Source: Azolla caroliniana
Lineage: Eukaryota; Plantae; Polypodiophyta
Assembly (NCBI GenBank): GCA_043228905.1
Contig: JBHGNT010000007.1
Span: 1,674,001 to 1,738,000, forward strand
Length of the DNA: 64,000 nt
Reading direction: 5' to 3'
The translations under genes were made by a program, and so were the position numbers. The notes below the pieces were generated by a model that was not told where the DNA came from, made no database searches, and saw nothing but the letters and a program-made list of their open reading frames with translations. This document shows positions 60,229-64,000 of this stretch, in pieces (within the stretch, counting starts at the first letter, position 1; each line of letters starts with the position of its first letter).

Positions 60229-61735
60229 TTCTTGTTGCAAAGACACTTCCACCACACCCATAAAGCATTAACTAAAACAATATTCCAAACAGTATTTGAC
60301 GTACATGTTATCCAAGGATTGACTACTTTTTGTGATGTTGGAAAGAGTTTTCATAGTTAAAAGAATGATAAAACTTTGTGATTTCATTCAAAATCACTAG
60401 GGTGCATATAGACACTCACTTATTGCATTGTAATATCATTAATGTCATTTGTGTAAACATCCACAAAGAAAAAGACACCACATATTTAATATTTTTAGCT
60501 CGGTGAGTAGTGACGATTATTATCATAATGTTGCCTACTTAAATACCATGAATGAAGTTGGGGCCTACATAACTACTAATGAAAACTTTTGAGGACTATG
60601 ATTATGTTAGAAAGGGATGTGGTTTCCATGGAAATAGATCTCATCTTAAACGTTGGCTTTATATATCATTTACAAGATTAAGAAAGGGCAGCTAACTTAA
60701 TTGAAGAATAGACATCAACAAATAGGTGGCCTTGTCAAACTTCGCATTATATACCATGCCTTTATCAACAATGAACAATGGAGAATAGATGAACTTTTTA
60801 AAGTTTGACATCATACATCATGTTCCTATACCCACAATCAATTATCGAGAGCTCATTTGGACTAATAGCCACAAAATGCTTGCATGATGAGGGATCATCA
60901 TATTACTAGATAAGAAGGTCGATTATGAATGCTATTCAATTTACATTCAATCTGTATCATAGTTGTGCAACACATCCCCTCATGAATTGCATTATATTAA
61001 TAACTATAATTTACATCAACGTTGCTCCCAAGTTCAAATTAACTTATAACTTCTAGTTTCTATTCCACTGTGCAACAAATACTTTAAACTACATTTTCAT
61101 ACTCCAAAGCAAGATATCCTCAAACACTATGTACACAATTGTACTCTCCTTATATGTTATTTATACTTTCTCTTTCATTATGCGCCATGTAAAACAAAAT
61201 TTGGCATAGGTGCACAAATGATCATAATGAAGAAAAAATGTATGTGGGCATGCAAAAATAGGAATTGTAAACTTTGAAATTGGTTGAGAATAGTTTCATA
61301 GAAATAATTCTAAACGTGATTATATTAGATTAGATCTTTTTTAGCGTCCCTAGAGTGGCCAATACTACACAAGTTTTTCTTGATGTGTGTGTCCTTGAGA
61401 TGGATATTCATACTTGACACACTAAGTTTTGATGTGTGAATAAGGCATATACATATGAGCTCAACCTTCTAGATGTCCTCTTTAGTGTGACACTCAAGTC
61501 ATCACCCTCTAATATGTGATCATAACATTGACAAATTGTGCATTAAGCAAAGCATTAAGCAAGTGATACTCATCCTCTACTCACCCTTGCATACCATACA
61601 TGCCTTTATATTTGGCTTATTTTGATGCCATAATGCAACTTTAATACCTAGGTTGTATGATGGAGTGCAAAGAAGTGTAAGGGCTCTATGAATGTTAATA
61701 CTCATGTTAGTAATGAGATAAGGTTGAATAGTATC

Positions 61736-63266
61736 TTTTTTTCCAAAAAACATCTACTTCCATTAGTTAAGAATGTACAAAGGAATCATTTACAACTCAT
61801 ATCTTACAAGACATCTTGCATGTCAAAGGAAAACAATGTGTAGATGAAACAACATAAAAACACAACTCCAAAACACCACATCATTATATGTGTATAGCAT
61901 TACTCGAACACATATTCTCCACGTGAGCCTCATACAAAACAGAATTCAGCATAGATGTCCTCCATTCGCTCCTCATGGCAGCACCCATCTAGATGTTAGG
62001 AACACTTGGAGGGAACAGCCACCGCGGTGGTTGATAATTCCACTTCACTTTACCATCCATTATCTGCAGCATCGAAGAACCGCTCCATTTTCGAAGGAAT
62101 CGAGCTCTAGCTTCTTCACTTGCATCAGATGGCCCTTGAAGACTTTCAAACTCACCTCGCAACGTAGAAATAAGATTAAACCAGATCATCATTAAATTCT
62201 CAGCCGGTGGGGTTCGTTTACCTGCGAGGGTCTCCTTGCACCGAGATACCCACACTAGCCAGACCATAAGGCCGACCACTAATACCCATATGTCCACGTA
62301 GCGTTCCTGTAAGAAGAATAAACCTCCTTGCGTGGCTAGTTGCATAGATCCTTGCTTCACCATTAAAGAAGGACTGTTTCCATCCCACCCTTGAAACCAC
62401 GAGGCCGATTCAGTGGCCAGCCAAGTGATTGTTGCGCTCGATACATGAACCTCAACCCCAAAACGAGCCAAGATTCTTAAGCTCCTCAACCAGATTTCTT
62501 GTGCTCGTGGGCAGCACCACAAACAATGAGCGATGTCCTCCAAGCTCGCACTACACGCCTTGCAACCACTCATGCCACCTCTATTCCCAAGCCACTCTCC
62601 CGTTGGAACAGCCCGATGGGTGATTAACCAGAAAAACACTTTGATCCGCTCGGGAAGGGATGAGTTCCATATCCTGCTCCTGGTTCTATCCACGAAGACT
62701 GAATCGATAGCTGCATGGGTCCACTTGTTGGCACATTTCTCACGATACAAATCTAACTTTCTCCCCAAGCGTGTCGAGTATTCGAAGAAACCTAGTAATT
62801 TAGCTTGTTCTCCCTTCCACCTATATTCAACGGGATCCCATTCTACGCGCTCGAGAGGCTTGCCTTCAACCACGTACAAGATCCAATCCTCCTCGACCTC
62901 TTCGACTGGTGGATTCACCTTCCATTTCTTTCCGTGTCTTGCCACAATTCTAATAGGGTACCAGCCTGCACTTTCATCTAATAATCCCATCAGGACGGTC
63001 TTCCCACTCTTTCCTAGACCCCTGACATTGATAATATTTCCGATACCATCACATTGTCCAAACCATTCACCCTCTTCCTCATTACCAATAGGAAGCGAGG
63101 AGACAGCTGTATTGACTACGTCAAGCATCTTTCTGCCATTTCTGACCTTTCCCATGTCTTCATATAATTGATCACGATTATTGCCGGACAACCGCAGCCA
63201 ATCAGCCACCGAGTGTATCCCTTGACAATGCAATATAGCCCACGGCATGCGCTTGCTTTGTCTGAA
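61736..63266 (-). mobile_element. 5'-truncated L1-type LINE (1.5 kb) with an open ORF2 C-terminus
   Basis: 16-bp TSD AAGGTTGAATAGTATC (61720-61735, 63267-63282), T7 tail, zf-RVT IWNSSLPERIKVFFW..CKAC..EDIAHCLWCC, end WNYQPPRWLFPP. Confidence 0.88.
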
Positions 63267-63282
63267 AAGGTTGAATAGTATC

Positions 63283-64000
63283 AATAGGCCTTCTTGCCTT
63301 ATATAGAACCCAACATTCAAGATTAATGTTTTCAATGTAATATTCTGATTGTGTCCTACCATTTTTCCAATGCTTCTTTAATAATTTTATTGACTTTTCC
63401 TCAATAACCACATAGTTCAAACATCGCTTAAAGGCTCTAAAAGATCATTCACATCTCATCTTTTGAACCATTTTTTGATGTCAGTTACCCAACCAAATAA
63501 GAGAATTTAGTTCTTGTGATTCTTGAGTAGTTTACATCCAACATTCCAAGCAATATGTGATCATCTATCATTTGGCATATTCTTAACATATATCTATGTA
63601 CTCTATATAGTGTCAATATCTCTATAGGTCAAGCACATGTTTCCAAGAGCATAACTTGATAGGAGTTAGTGGATTTAACTCCCAATTGTCTCCTTAAAAA
63701 CATCATTTGAATCTTTTCTCAATCTCATTCCGTGCATTTAAAGGGATAGCCTCCCCACACTCCTGCTCCATAAAGCAATACTTGTGTTATCATGCATTAA
63801 CTAACATTAGTTTCACTTCCTATCCATGAGTATCACTTTGGTTGCATTGATTTATCAACCAACTTGAAGTCTAGACTCAAAGCATGCACTCCATATATTT
63901 GTGACAAGTACACCAATACCAAGATACTTAAAGCGATGCACAAATTGTGCATGTTCTTCCTTATATGTAAGCATAGGGTATCAAAGAGGTTGGATGGTTC
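63283..64000 (-). pseudogene. Old RTE/L2-like LINE remnant hosting the L1 insertion; continues at about 61560-61719
   Basis: ITQVLLYGAGVWG, RRQLGVKST..LLET on this side; CMVC..VEDEYH on the other side of the L1 insertion. Heavily decayed. Confidence 0.5.

Larger units (their letters stand above)
58432..60292 (-). mobile_element. 5'-truncated L1-type LINE with a long repeat-filled 3' region
   Basis: 17-bp TSD TATTTGACGTACATGTT (58415-58431, 60293-60309). T-rich tail, 3' motif CTTCCATTAGTTA (58462-58474). ORF2 end MLWDNLVDTIKGEY..WNYVSPRWLF is similar to 61989-63266. Confidence 0.8.

Noticed and set aside
63267-63362. N-terminus of the 457-aa ORF as part of a real gene
   Set aside because: It lies beyond the 5' truncation point, in the TSD and flank, so it is a chance in-frame fusion with flanking sequence.

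Overview
Eukaryotic, plant-type, transposon-dominated DNA. A non-seed plant such as a fern is likely, inferred from the Tcn1-like chromovirus and the tRNA-Trp-primed Ty3/gypsy family. One host gene is present: a 4-coding-exon DUF962/Mpo1-like (MHP1-like) gene on the minus strand at 53771-55668. Most of the rest is nested retroelements. (1) A full-length L1-type LINE (7869-23785, 15-bp TSD) is split by a Trp-primed gypsy element, which is itself split by a very young, intact Tcn1/Tf1-like chromovirus (12425-18077). The chromovirus shows a self-priming signature and a -1 frameshift cassette. (2) An intact Tnt1-like copia (26420-31894) sits inside a hAT-type MITE. (3) A MULE remnant follows. (4) A five-level LINE/copia/gypsy nest at 34.3-52.4 kb has outer members that have lost their distal halves. 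(5) Several 5'-truncated L1 copies with TSDs share a conserved 3'-terminal motif. The most unusual signal is a set of tRNA-like Pol III A-box/B-box modules with a fixed 43-44 nt spacing, built into four different Ty3/gypsy LTR types from at least two lineages. They are mostly in U3 and antisense to the element, like a tRNA analogue of the 5S-bearing Cassandra LTR. All calls are by eye; no database searches were run.
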